Below, piece by piece: positions 27,106 to 41,048 of a stretch of DNA of 64,000 nt. The notes below the pieces were generated by a model, which had not been told where the DNA came from, made no database searches, and saw nothing but the letters and a program-made list of their open reading frames with translations. The position numbers and the translations under genes are program-made. The stretch lies in NCBI GenBank assembly GCA_964016885.1, contig OZ024742.1:139190001-139254000 (forward strand). Direction: 5' to 3'. Position 1 is the stretch's first letter; each line of letters begins with the position of its first letter. Source of the stretch: Eledone cirrhosa (taxonomy: Eukaryota).

Positions 27106-27529
27106 CTTGCAAAGTAAAAGGTTACACTTTAGCTATTCAAAAAAAAAAAGTCTTAGCTGCGAAAGAAATAAAGCGTGAAATGTAAACGCTATCATTTATG
27201 CTTCCGTACACAGAGAAACATAAGAGATTATTATTAGGCCTGCATTTCATGTACTCTTATCTAGCATAATTATTTATAATTTATTTAATTACGACACTAA
27301 AATATGTGTATGTCATGCAAAATTGATTGAGAGTTTTAAGTATTTATTATATTCTGCATAGCCATGCTCTAGCAATATTTCTCCATATAGAGAATCATAA
27401 AAGTAGTTATTGTCTAATGAGGAGACACAAATCTAAATCTGCTAAGTTATTTTCTGTGTACGGAGGAATAGTTGAAAGTGTTTCATTTCATTTTTTTCAC
27501 TGTTGAAAAGATATATCTTTTATCGCATC

Positions 27530-27613
27530 ACCAGTCTGATGAGCAGATCAATACTGGAGTCGGCTCCTAAGGGTCACCTTCAGCCAATCCTCTGCGAAAC
27601 GCGCATAACAGGT
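27530..27613 (+). ncRNA. Degenerate type I HHR
   Basis: ACCAGT-CTGATGA-GCAGA...TCTGC-GAAAC GCGC ATA-ACAGGT; one mismatch each in stems I and III. Confidence 0.55.
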
Positions 27614-27679
27614 CGATACGCAATAAATATGTTTCATATATAAACTATTTTCCAATTATGCGCCCTTTTGGCTGTATTA

Positions 27680-27760
27680 CATTACAGACAAACAAGCAAG
27701 CAAGCAATCACAGAGTTTTAGTAGTATACTAGACCACCCGTTACCCAATGGGTCACGTTC
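27680..27760 (-). mobile_element. Probable head-to-tail Helitron junction
   Basis: Minus strand: hairpin ACCCATT..AACGGGT then CTAG, followed directly by TATACTACTAAAACTC..(TTGC)n(TTGT), resembling a non-autonomous Helitron 5' end. Confidence 0.45.
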
Positions 27761-28349
27761 ACTTCAAAATATTTTTTTTAAAATCATGTTCTCTTAAAAA
27801 TAATTTTTAAATTAAAATATACACAGACATGTATATATACTGTGAAATGAAACTGGAAGGCCCATATATATACGTGTGTGCGTGTGTGTGTGCGTGTGCG
27901 TGTGCGTGTGCGCGCGTGTGTGTGTATAGCGGCAATGAATTTCTTTTGCAGGCCTGGAAGCTCATGAAACAAGAGCAAACCTAGGCCAACTTAACTGTCC
28001 CGGCCGAAGCCATAGAAGCTCGAGGTTACGAGAACAGCCAGGGAGGATTGGCCTGAAGACTTGAGAAAAATCCTAGAACACGTCTTTCTTCAAAAACAGG
28101 ATTGTTATGCACGTAATGACCGAGGGCAAAACGTCGCACTGTTTCGTTTGCGACGAAGCAACCCATTTGTGAGCCTTCTACCCTCAACTGAAAAGCGCAA
28201 GAGGTCATCAACTACACTGATGCCGGGGCCGGGGCGGAGACCAACACCAGCACTGGCAATACAACCAGCAGCAACAACAGCGGAAATGCCACCACCAACT
28301 TTGGTCACCCAGGGGGAAAACGAAGATCCCAGGTGCCCAAGTCGGCTGC

Positions 28350-29125
28350 AAGAGGCGCATATTACCTTGTTTTGGATGGTCTGCCCTTCGAGCTTTACAT
28401 AGATATGTTCTCCAATCTCCTTGAAGCACTCAACTGCAACTGACAGTACAATGGGAGTACTGATGAGGAAAGATGAGAACAAAGGGAAACGTCAGACAAC
28501 TTCAGGCCCATAACTCTGCTCAGCATAGAGTTTAAGATTTTGGCTAAGGTTTTAGCGAAGAGGTTAGCACTTGTCGTCGAGGATTTGGTAGAGGAAGCAC
28601 AAACATGTACTATCCCGACCGGGTTCATAAACGACAACCTCCACCTCATGCGATGCATCATAGAGAGGGTAGGGTGTAAACCTGGCTTCGGTACGGCTGT
28701 GATCAATTTAGATCAATCGAAAGCTTTCAATAGGGTTGACCATCGATACCTGGAGGCTGTCATCAAAGCAGTTGGCTTCGGTCCGATCTTCAAACGCTGG
28801 ATTGCTGAAATGCACAGCGTCATCAGCTTGGTGGCTAAAGTTAATGGCCACCTTTCGGAACCATTGAGATCTCCCGATTGGTCCATCAAGGGTGACCTCT
28901 CTCCTTCCCCTTCTGTACGTATTGACTCTCTACGCTGGAGCTCAGAAAGGCTGTGTCAGCATATGCAGACGACATTACCGTGATGGTGTCGAACACCTCA
29001 GATATTGAGGTGGTTGGCACCTTCTTGGAGGAATATGAAAGGTTGACGGGAGCAAAATTTAACCTGGAAAATTTGGTGGGCTTGCAGTTCGGCACCTGGG
29101 GAGGCATATCCATGCCGTCCAACAG
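28350..29125 (+). pseudogene. Tx1 ORF2 RT fragment
   Basis: LDGLPFELY, FRPITLL, LAKVLAKRL, DQSKAFNRVDH, AYADD; similar to 5005-8286. Confidence 0.9.
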
Positions 29126-29954
29126 CACATATATACATATATATATGTGCGTGCGTGTGTGTATTTGTGAAGAGAGAAACACCTGTATATGACTGGATAG
29201 TATACCAATTTAAGTGAAGTACAGAATTAAAAACCAGGACTGACATTTCTCCATTGCTTGTAAATATTTTAGTCTAAACATAAAGTGGGGACAAAGCGCT
29301 CTGAGTTGGTGAAAATTTTGAAATTCCCAATTAGATGCTCTCTAGTATTAATGATTTTACTTCCCCTTCAATCAGAGTTCAAATATCATTGGAGTAAAAA
29401 TTGCCTCCAGGGTTATATAAATGCCTTAGAGGCAAAAGTTTGGTGAAAGCTACAGCGTTAAAATCTAAATACACTTTCCTAAATTGCAGAAATGAGTAAG
29501 TAAATGCTTCATTCATTTATAAACCAATGCTAGATTTATTATTTATTTTATTTTATTTATGGTTTTCAAAATAACCTTCACATGTTGTTTGAATTTCAGA
29601 GGTTCTGACTGTGCAAAAAGAAAAAAAAGATAAATTAAAAAATCCAAATGTAATTTTGGTCGTGACCTTTTCACTGACAACATACCTAATGATTTATCCA
29701 GGTGTGAAGTAGTATATATGCTGGTTATAATAGGGTGCTGTATTAAAAAATCTCCACTGGACAAAACTAATAATATTTTTATCTAGATGATTTGCTTTGA
29801 ACAAGTAACAATAAATATTCTGCTATAATTCCTACTTTAGTTAAAATACAACAAATTTATTTTATTGGTCAAATATTTTGTAATATGCACCAAGCTATAT
29901 TGTTGCTTTCATAAAATACCTGGGCATTGTTGGGTGCCTCTGCTAGTATATATA

Positions 29955-30696
29955 TCATCATCCCCGTTTTACGTCGATTCTTCCAGGCTAGCATGGGTTA
30001 GACAAGTTGTCCTTTTGTGGGCAATGTTAGGTCGGATGACCTACCTTCTATTGCTCATACGGTAACTGATGATTCTGGCTTGATTTCTACAGCTGGATGC
30101 CCTTCCTAGCACCAACCTCATTTACAGTGTGTGCTGGGTGCTTTTTTTCTGTGGCGCCTACACGTCCACTTTACAGTGTGGTCTGGGTGCTTTTTTGTCG
30201 TGGCACCTCCACGACCACTTTGCAGTTGGAGGGGATGGGGGCATAGTGCCTATATGCTTCGGCTTCGGCTTGTTCCTGTGGGAAGCCAGGTCTTCTGTAT
30301 TACTGCGTGACGTCAGAGATCACGGTCCTGTGTCATCGCCGTTGAGAGGTGCAATTGGGCAAGGTCCGCTTTTATCAACTCGTTCCAGGTCTTCTTGGGT
30401 CTCCCACTCCACGGCTTCCATCAACATTTAGTGCTCTGCACCTTTTTATGCAGCTGTCATCCTTCATACGCCTCACATGTCCATACTAACACACCCTTCT
30501 CTCCTGCACACAGCATTTAATCCTTCTTATGTTCAGTTTCTCTCTCAGTTCGTTTGTGCTTTGCCGTTCGCGTATATTACTATTTCATATCCATCAGAGC
30601 ATGCAAGCTTCGTTTCTTTCTAATCTAGAGCAAGTCTTCTAGGCACAGCGCCCAGGTCTCACTACCATGTAACATTACTGTTCGTATACACGCATC

Positions 30697-30700
<4 letters not shown>
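29955..30700 (-). mobile_element. RTE-derived fragment with SINE-like 3' segment and (TGA)n tail
   Basis: YDACIRTVMLHGSETW; AGGAAGGGCATCCAGCTGTAGAAA; homologous to 35453-36225. Confidence 0.75.
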
Positions 30701-30788
<88 letters not shown>

Positions 30789-31272
30789 AAGGTATTTTGT
30801 ATTTTATTTTATAATTATTGATATCATATTTACCTTTATCTTTTGAATAATATGCAGCCATAAATCCTCGGCTAAGAGCTGCTCAATTAGTTGAGTATCA
30901 AATACACATTCTATTGGATGAAGAAATTATACTAACATGTTCTGGTCCACAAAATCGTCCAATCAAATTCTCTGTTTGGATATCTGGCAAAACAAGAAGA
31001 CAAGAGTAATAAATGAAACGTCACAAAATCATGTTTATATACATGATAAGCACTATAATCAAATAATCACTATACTCAATTCAATTATGATGTGTAAGCT
31101 GCAGCTACACATCATTAATGAATATTTAAAATGCACTTTGCTATTGAGCATTTTTATCCTGTCTATAAGTAAGACATGAATATATATATATATATGATAT
31201 ATATTTGATATATATATGATGTATATGATATATATGATATATATATATGTGACATACATATATGATATATAA

Positions 31273-31328
<56 letters not shown>

Positions 31329-31350
31329 ACATATTTATGATATATATATA

Positions 31351-31392
<42 letters not shown>

Positions 31393-31436
31393 TATATATA
31401 TGTATCATTAATATAGAAATGGTTTAATATAGAAAT

Positions 31437-31487
31437 GGTTTCTACAAGTCGAGAACTGTTTCATTATGGAGAAATCATCAGGAAGCC
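31437..31487 (-). ncRNA. Degenerate HHR, same family as 4075-4125
   Basis: GGCTTC-CTGATGA-tttctccataat-GAAACAG ttctcgac TTGTA-GAAACC. Confidence 0.45.
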
Positions 31488-31654
31488 AACTGTCCAAGTA
31501 ATATGGTGTTATTTATTCTCTAGTGGTAGGAGAGGGTGGGGATCGGTATGGGTGGAGGAATTCTTTAAAAACTATATTTAACAAAGGCAGAACAAATTCT
31601 GTAGACAGGTTCACACTGGGGGGGGGGGGGCACTCCTGATATAATCACTCCTTC

Positions 31655-32458
31655 CAGACTGAAGGACTGATTATATCAGCACAAGATCAGTGTCCGCCAA
31701 CAAAAAATGATCAAGCCAACATCATAAAAAATGGATGCAACCCATTATGCCGTGTATGTAAAATACAACCTAAGACCATTGACCATATAATTTCAATGTG
31801 CAGTCCTATAGCTCCAACCGAATACCTAAACAGGCACGACAGAGCTGCACAATACATACACTGGGTAATGTGTAAGCATTTTGACCTGCCCCATCAAAAG
31901 AATTGGTGGGAGCATAAACCACCTCCCGTACTTGAAAAAGATCACATCTCAGTCTTCTAGAAATTTAGCATCCAAACAGACCGTCAAATAGATGCAAATA
32001 GACCTGATATAATACTGAAGGACTTTAAAATGAAGGAATACCTGCTAATTGATATGTCCGTTCCAACAGACAAGAATGTATCTATAAAAACATTTGAAAT
32101 ATTGAGCTGGAGATAAAGACCTGGAGATAGAAATTGGAAAAATGTGGAAGTTGAGAACTAAAACAATACCAGTGGTTGTGGGCGCTCTAGGAATGATACC
32201 TAAGGGGTCTACTGATTCCTTATCCCAAATCCCAGGAAACGCGCGTATAGAAAAATACAAAAGATAGTACTAATAGGAACTGTCCATGTACTAAGGAAGA
32301 TTCTGTCAATATATTGTACATCACAACATAGGTACATCACTAAAGATGCATCGGTATGTATATGTGTCCTTTCTTGAACATGGCGGACCTTGTTGTCTCT
32401 TGAGATCACTGGTTGTGACTTGGTGATAACTCGTATGAACATAAAGCAAGATAAATGA

Positions 32459-32493
<35 letters not shown>
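31655..32493 (+). mobile_element. R4/Dong-like RLE retrotransposon 3' fragment with (TAA)n tail
   Basis: TEGLIISAQDQ, CRVC...TIDHI, RHD, NRPDI, IDMSVP, KDLEIEIGKMW, PVVVGALG. Confidence 0.8.
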
Positions 32494-32495
<2 letters not shown>

Positions 32496-32496
32496 C

Positions 32497-35445
32497 TTTC
32501 TTTATTTACCACAAGGGTTTACATAAAGTAGACATTAAGGACAGTACAGGACAATACAGGGCGGTACAAATGGGCATTTCTGCGTGTAAAAAAAACAGGA
32601 TGTAATAAAAAAAAAAAAACAAGAAACAGGATGTAAAAATAGAACAATGAAACAATTCCCCAATAGGGGGGAGACTTCCGAGGGACATTCGTGGAGAAAG
32701 CCCATTAAAAATCCACAGTGACCCTGACCACCAGGGCAAGTGCCTTCTCCCAGTTTTCCACCTTTAATTTAGAGACACATACTCAGAGTAGGGCCATTCA
32801 CTCGGGCCATTCTTGCCTCTCTCACCCATCTTTCAACAAAATGCTGGGAAGAGAGCACTTCCCTCTCTACCCTGATTTTTCTTTTCAAATGAAATTTGAA
32901 AAAGTTAATCAGGGCATCACCGAAGAGGTAAGTGCTCGTCTTCAGCCCTTTCAAACGTGTCCACCATACTATCTCTTTCGCCATGGCCACCAGACAGATA
33001 AAAACTGCCTTCCCGGCTAAAGGAAGAGGGCGGGGCAATCCTCACGATGAACTCAGCTGATAGCTGGGTCCGTCCTACACGCGACAACAGGTGTTCGACA
33101 TAAACCCACAAGTCAGCAATGCTCAGACACTGGACGAGTGCGTGCAGGACGGTTTCGTCGCCCTGTGGGCATCTCGGACATGCCCGGCTGACGGCACCTC
33201 CATGCCTGTAGAGTTTATCCCGAACTGGCAAGGCTCCTCGGTAGCACTGCCAGGCCAGAGATTTCTGGAAGTTGTTCATAGGCCCTGGCCCGAAAGTTCT
33301 TCCGAAGAGATTGGCTAGTTGATTTTCGTCGACGCCTAGAGTTTCCCCAAGTACGTCGTCGCTCTTCCCCTCCACTAATCCTCTATATAACGCCAAGGTG
33401 GAGTTTCCGCCGATCACATTGCCCGATTGGTCGAGGGCTGTGAGCGCCTGAATACGTTCCAGTCTCCAAGCGCTCCCTCTCGGTCTTCGCTTGACCCAGG
33501 ACTGCATCCGTCAAGGAGACGAGCTGAGGAAAGACGCGTCTAGCAAACGGCGATCACACCTGATCACCGTCGAGGAAGAGGTGGAGATGTCGTAGCCTGA
33601 GCGCGTGTCTGCGCATCATCAGCCACGGCATTCCCAGCCCTCCACGTAGCGGGTGTTGACAGCAGATGGACCGCCTGACCATCGGAGCGCGTCTCTTCCA
33701 CAAAAAGCGAAAGAGCAAACGCTCCAGCGCAGTTAGGCGGGGCTTAGGACAAGGTACGACGGTCAGGTGGTAGTAGATGACGGACGCGATATACGCGTTA
33801 GCCACCTCCGCTCGACGTTTCAGGGATAGCTTCCTCTCCGCCCATTTCTGGGTGAGAGAAGCCACCCTGCTCGTCACCTCGTCCCAGTTTTTGTCCGTCT
33901 GGAGGTCCGGACCGAACCAGACCCTAGCAATTTAACCGGTCCCTCCGTCCAGCGCCCGACGACGCTGTTGGACGGCATGGATCTGCCTCTCCAGGTGCCG
34001 AGCTGCAGGCCCACTGACTTTTCCTGGTTGATCATAGCTCCTGTCACCGCTTCGTATTCTCTTAGTGTAGTGCCGATCGCCTCGATGTGTTTGGCGTTCG
34101 ACACCACTACGCTGACATCGTCCGCATATGCTGATACGGATCTTCCGCATCCCAGTTCGCGTGGGACCCCCCTCAGCGTCTCCAGTCTGTGCAGTAATGG
34201 CTCGAGAGTCAATACGTACAAGAGGGACGAGAGGGGACATCCTTGGCGGACCGAGCGCATGATGTTGAACGGTTCCGAAAGGTGACCGTTCACTCTCACC
34301 ACAGAGCAGATGTCGCTGTGCATGGCAGCGATCCAGCCTCTGAAGCTGGGCCCAAAGCAAGCCGCCCTCAGGACTGCCGCTAGGTAACGATGGTCGACCC
34401 TATCGAAAGCTTTCGACTGATCTAAATTGATCAAGGACCCACCTGTGCCAGGTTGCCTAGCTACCCTCTCTACGATGTATCGCATGAGGTGGAGGTTGTC
34501 GTGGATGGATCTGTCGAGAATGGCGCATGTCTGCGCCTCTCGCACCAGACCACCAACGACAAGCACCAACCTCTTTGCTAGCACATTGGCCAAAATCTTG
34601 AACTCTGTGTTTAGCAGAGTTATGGGCCTAAAATTATCTATGTTATCCCCCTTGTTCGGATCCTTTCTCAGCAGCTCCACAGCTCCTCGGCTCACAAAGC
34701 TGGGAATTCTCCCGTTCTGTTACCAGTTGCAGTAGACGTCCGCCAAGAGGCCTCCGAACAAGTCTGGCATCTGTACGTAAAGTTCATAGGGCAGACCATC
34801 CAAACCAGGCGATTTACTCCTTGTGCAGCCAGTCATTGCCTCCCGTACTTCAGCGGCTGTTATCGGCTTTTCGCAACACTCCGCCTCAGTGGCCGAGAGC
34901 CGCGGCAGTCCGTCAAGGTAGACACTAAAGTCCATCCCTCGATCCGGCCCGCTGCTGCCCCCGAACAGCTGTGCCAAGTGTCGCTGAAAAGCTTCACACA
35001 TTTGCCCGGGATCGAGTAGCATGCGCCCGTCGTGGTCCACCAAAGACCGGATCGTGGCTTTGTTGCCACGACGCGCCTCCGCCACTCGGGCCCATTGAAC
35101 GGCTTTCGTCCCCTCGTGTCTGAGAGCACGCACCCTAGCTCTGAAAACGCAGCCTTCGTGCTTTGCATTGAAGAATTGGTCAAGGGCCAATTTCACCGCA
35201 AGTACGTCGGTCGCGATGCCTTTGCTAAGCGCCTCGTCTAATTTTCTAACTAATTCTCCCTCTGCTCTATTTTTCTCTATTGCTAAAGCCTTACTAAACC
35301 TAATGGACTCTATTCTAATTGCTCTTTTCAGAGCAAACCACCACTTGTTGTTGACGATGACCCCCGTCAACGCCCGCTTAACTAGTTCGCTAATCCGGTC
35401 TCTGTAGGCCTTGCGCGCTGGTAAGGACGCGGTTAGTTTCCAGTA
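32497..35445 (-). mobile_element. 5'-truncated Tx1 copy (ORF2 broken into 5 pieces)
   Basis: ORFs 34720-35535, 33874-34695, 33554-33877, 32917-33507 and 32769-33038 are collinear with the 1093-aa ORF2. Confidence 0.93.
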
Positions 35446-35452
35446 ATAATAC

Positions 35453-36225
35453 ATGATGTTCATGGAGCTAAAAACACTGCTAGCAACAGAAGGCTTTTCC
35501 CTCAAAAGGAAAGGCAGACTGTATGATCCGTGCATACGAACGACAATGTTTCATGGTAGTGAGACCTGGGCGTTGTGTGCAGAAGAATTGCGTAAATTAG
35601 AAAGACACAAAGCTTGCATGCTCCGATGGATGTGTAATAGTAATATATGCGAACGGCAAAGCAAAAATGGATTAGGAGAGCGACTAAGCATAAGAGGAAT
35701 TAAATGTTGTGTGCAGGAGAGGAGATTGCGTTGATGTGGACATGTGATGAATGATGACAGTTGCATAAAAAGGTGCAGATCACTAAAAGTTGATGGAAAG
35801 ATCTGGAATGAGGTGATAAAAACTGATCTTGCCCAATTGCACCTCTTAAAGGCGATGACATAGGACCGAGACCTCAGAAGACACGAGTTCTCACAGAGAC
35901 AAGCCAAAGCTGAAGCAAATGGACAATATGCCCCCATGCCCCTCCCACTGTAAAGTGGTTGTGTAGGTGACATGACAAAAAGCACCCAGTCCACACTGTA
36001 ACGTGGTCGTGTAGGCACCATTGTAATAAAGCACGCAGTACTCACTTTAAATGAGGTTGGTGTTAGGAAGGGCATCCAGCTGTAGAAACCGATCCAAAAT
36101 CAGTCCTGTATGAGCAAGACACTGTCACCTGACCTGGCATTGCCCACAACAGGACAACCCGTCTAACCCATGCTAGCGTGGAGAAATCGACGTAAATCGG
36201 TGATCATGATGATGATGATGATGAT
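35453..36225 (+). mobile_element. RTE-derived fragment with SINE-like 3' segment and (TGA)n tail
   Basis: KGRLYDPCIRTTMFHGSETW...MLRWMC; same 3' end as 29955-30230. Confidence 0.75.
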
Positions 36226-36309
36226 ATATATGATATATATATATGATATAAATATGATATACATATATATAATATATATAATATATATATATGATATACT
36301 TATAGTAAG

Positions 36310-37766
36310 TCCAGTAAGACAACCTCTCTGGTGATGGTGGCACGAATAAAAACACCCAGTCCATGCTGTAAAGTGGTGCTGGTGTTATGAAGGGCATCCA
36401 ACCAGTATATATTAATGCCAAAAAAAAAAATTATGAGCACAACAAATAAGTATTACAATAACTGCGTAAACAGCAATAACACTAACCTTGTTAGGGCTGC
36501 GCATGGTAGAGGGGTGGCTAGTGTGGCCATGTGCGAGAACCCCCTGTCTGTCATCAAGCAATCGCACAACAAGAACAAGAATATGAAGACATCGAATCTC
36601 AGAGTTGCCACACTTAATGTTGGCACTCTAACAGGTGGATTTGATGAGATAGTGGAGTTGCCAGAGAGAAGACATGTGGATGTGTGCTGTATGCAAGAGG
36701 TGAGATGGAGAGGTGCCTCAGAAAGACTAATCGGAGGCAAACATCTTAGTTATATGCTTTTCTGGGTAGATAATGATGATGAGTTAGGTGGGGTAGGCAT
36801 TTTACTGGCTGAGAGATGGATCGATAAGACAATAGAGGTAGTTAAAGTCAGTAATATAATAATTAAGATTAGATTAGAAAGATGAGAAAGACTGCTTTTA
36901 TGAGAAACTTTTGAAACAGCCACAATCACAGAGGACAGAGACATCGTTATGCAAGCAGGGGACTTCAATGGTCATGTTGGACAGCTCTAGGATAGAGGTA
37001 CAGATCTTGGGTACATAAGAGATGTAGTGGGATAGTAGGCAAACTTACAGGTAGGGAGAATTAAGTATACAGTAGATGTACAGGTAAATTTGACAGTAGA
37101 AGTCGCATTGATAGAAACATTTTTCAAATGCAGGTGGGTTCTATAGAAGTGGTTGATAGCTTCCAGTACCTAGGTGATCAGATTAGCATAGGAGGGGGTG
37201 TTCGCATGCCATAGTATCTAGAATAAGGTCGGGTTGGAAGAAGTTTAGGGAGCTGCTTCCTCTGCTGACGAAGAAGGGTTTTTCCCTGCGTACGAAAGGC
37301 CGGTTATATGATGCCTGTGTGAGGTGCGCGATTCTTCATGGTAGTGAGACATGGGCAGCAACTGCAGAGGATATGCGACGGCTGGAGAGAAATGAGGCAA
37401 GAATGCTCCATTGGATGTGCAATGTCAATGTGCGTGAACGGCTGGGCATGGATGTGTTGAGAGAGAAACTGTGTCTGAGAGGTATAAACTTTTTGTGCGG
37501 GAGATGAGCCTGCGATGGTATGAACATGTGATGCGCATGGAGGATGACCGATGCGTGAAGAGGTGCCAACAAATGCAAGTTGTAGGAAGACGTAGTAGAG
37601 GAAGACAACAAAAAACATGGGCGGAGGTGGTGAGACCAGACCTCAGATCGCTGAAGCTCACTGTGGAAATGACGAAGGACCGTGAAAAGTGGAGAGATGG
37701 TGTAATGAATAGGACCCGTCCCACCCTTGCAAGCAGGGAAAAGCGGACGTAAAATGATGATGATGA
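36310..37766 (+). mobile_element. Internally deleted RTE LINE (endonuclease N-terminus + RT C-terminus)
   Basis: LRVATLNVGTL, CMQEVRW, GVGILL, GDFNGHVG; [19 protein letters not shown]; (TGA)n tail. Confidence 0.85.
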
Positions 37767-37810
37767 TATATATATATATATATATGATATGTACATATGA
37801 TATATATATA

Positions 37811-37869
<59 letters not shown>

Positions 37870-37940
37870 GTACATAAAAATGATGATGATGATATATATA
37901 TATATATATATATATGATATGTACATATGATATATATATA

Positions 37941-38003
<63 letters not shown>

Positions 38004-38384
38004 ATATATATATCATTTATATATATATATGTAGATAAATCTACCAAAATATATAGTGGTGTCCAATCCGTATGAAGAACTCAATGAAATCCAAATATCA
38101 TGAAAAGAGAAGATGCATTCAAAAATTTTTCGATGAAAATCACAGGAAAACAGAGTCAAGATAAATTAATAAAAACAATGAATAAAAACAAAGAACAAGT
38201 TCCTTATATTAAAAAATTCATAATTTTACGATCCTTTCTAGGATATATATGTGTGTTGGTATGTATATCATATAGATCTATGTAAACATTTTACAAACTA
38301 TCAGAGGAAATATACATACCTTCACATATATATGCTGTCATCAGAAATAATGATATTTGTTTATTGAAAAAAACGAACAAAGAT

Positions 38385-40390
38385 TTAATATAATAGGTCT
38401 GTTTGGGAACAGGTTTTGAATTGACCAATAGAAAAGTAGTAAGTGGTCAAGTTGATAGAATAGTAGTAGTAGAAATTTAATTTAGGGCTAGAGGAATGCA
38501 GACTAAGTTTTGAATGGAAAGAATACTTTGAATGAAAAGAATACTTTGGGGATGAAAAGAGATCAAGCCGGTGAAAGGTACACGAAAATTTGATGTTATT
38601 AAAGAATAATGCTAATGTTAAAATCGAAGGAGAATAAAATTTTAGGGTAAAGGTGTTAGTGTGAAATACCAATCTTATTTAAAACACAAGGAATTTAGAT
38701 CTATAACAAGAAATTAAATTGATTGATAGGTATACTTATAGGGATAAATTTATATTAATTCATATGGATGTGATAAATAAGAGTTAGATGTTATTAAAGA
38801 ATGTTGTTAAAAATGAAGGAAAATAAAATTTTGGGGTAAATGTATTAGTGAGAAGTACCAATCTTATATAGACTACAAGGAATCTAGATTCATAACAGGA
38901 AATTAAAATAGTTTATATGTATACTTATAGGTATTAATTTTAGGAAAAGAGAGCTGTAAAAGGAAAATAAAATTATGATGTTCTCTGTAGTAAAGTACTA
39001 ATTATAGGTTAACTAAATTAAAAAAACTAATTATAATAATATGTAAAATATAATTGTAAGGTGTATATTAATTAGGTTTATAATATTTGAAAGTTCTTCT
39101 AATTCTATGATTGCAAGATATAATTAATTCTTGTCGCTTATTTAATAGGATATCCTTAAATTTCATTATTTCAAAAAGTTCCTGTGAACATAATCTACAC
39201 TCATATCTGTTATTTTGATAAGGGATGGCCTTTTGAGCACACTCCAGGTCAGGTTGTAATCGATATTCTTTTTTCTATAATTATTAATTGTTTCAGCCAA
39301 GGATGTTGTATTAGCTAATGCGGCATTTTAAAAACTATGTTTGTAGGTATTAAATCTTACTTTAAATTGGTTAGAAATAGCTCTTATATATCAATAAGTT
39401 GAGTCCTTAGTGCTAATTTTACATTTATATACTATGTTATTAATAAGACAATTTCCCTTTAATGGGCAATTTCTTTTGTTTCTACAGTTACAACCATTCG
39501 TGAATATTATATCAGGGGAGTTAGTCAAATTTGGTGTGGAATTTACTCGACTTGTTATATGTGAAGGAGATGGTGGTTTGTTGCAGTTTATTTTAGTATT
39601 ATGGTTGGTTTGATGTGTTGGTGGTATATTCGTGGTTTTTTAACATTTATATGCATTGTACGCACTTTTGTTGTATATTTTTGGTAGTGGAGTAGGAAAA
39701 TTTGACAGTTGATCTATTTAAAATTTAATGGTATTTATGGTTTGGCGGGAAGTTTTTCTCTAGGATAGTAAAAAATTTGTTAGGGATATTATCTTTAATT
39801 TGTAGATTAAATGGAGCATTATACCAAGTAACTCGTCTATTACGGTTTCGATGTTGTTTTTTATATTTATACGATGTATCAGGATGTTTACCAAGAGTGT
39901 TAGTATTAGTGGAATTTATTATATATAAGTTTAGTTAGATTAACTGATTTAGGTGTTTTAGTCTGATTATTAGGAGTTTTGTTAGTAATGTTATTAACGT
40001 ATATTGGAGTATTAGGATGAATGGTTTTTTGAAAGTTATTATATTTTATGTGAGAAGAGGTAGAGAAATTAAATTTTAAGTTGGTGTTTTGGGGTGTAGT
40101 GTGAGTGGCATTTAGGTGTGTGTTTTTCATTTGGTGTTTGTTGGTAATATTGGGCTGTATGTTTGAAGTATTATTGGTGGAAGGTATATAGACTAATTTG
40201 TTTTTGTGGCCGCTTCTAGCTAAAGCTTCGTTATAAAAGGGCGCATTTTTATCGAATACATCCTGGTTAGATGAAAGGTTAGAAATTCTGAGTTAGATAT
40301 TATATGCTAGGTTTTTAAGGATAGATCTAGGGTGATTGGATTGTGAGTGTATGTAATGTAAGTTTTGGTTAGGTTTATGGTAAGGGTACC
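38385..40390 (-). pseudogene. AT-rich decayed Penelope/Naiad-like element (RT C-terminus, GIY-YIG, 3' UTR with ~185-bp duplication)
   Basis: Minus strand YHKPNQNLHYIHSQSNHP, WYNAPFN, CNCRNKRNCPLKGNCL..IVYKC, CRLCSQE, LLNKRQE. Confidence 0.8.
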
Positions 40391-40774
40391 AAAACTTTGA
40401 TACGTTCTCATCAGATAAAATACAAAGTTTGTTTTTTATAAATAGTGACATACCCAGGAATCAGACCTTAACGGTTCAAGTTCCGTCTGGATATCCCTTT
40501 GCTTATATATATATATGAAAATAGGGAGAAAAAGACGATTATTAGGAAGAAAAATATATAAATAAATAAATGCCATTGTTAATTAATAAATAAATTAACT
40601 AATACATTAAGACTTCACACAAAGTAAAATATTTTGTTTTAAACATTTTCTAACCTAGAAAAAAGAGAAAAGAATAAAAAGGAAAAAAAAAAATTTTTCT
40701 TCCTAATAATCGTCTTTTCTCCCTATGTTCATAAATATATATATATATTCCAACTCGTGTGCTCCTTCTCCACA

Positions 40775-40853
<79 letters not shown>

Positions 40854-40858
<5 letters not shown>

Positions 40859-41048
40859 AACAAGTAAGACCCCGATGGCTGAGCTCAAGCCGTTTCGACG
40901 GCTAATTCTGTACTGAATTAGCCGTCGAAACGGCTTGAGCTCAGCCGTCGGGGTCTTACTTGTTCCTATTACCCACTCTACTACCCTAAGTATTGAGTAC
41001 TCTGATGCGTTATGGTCCACCTGGTTCCTTACCACATTTCCTTCGTTA
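40854..41048. repeat. 55-bp-arm fold-back hairpin (40854-40969) plus flank; family of 16208-16410
   Basis: Arms 40854-40908 / 40915-40969 with one G-T mismatch. Confidence 0.9.
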
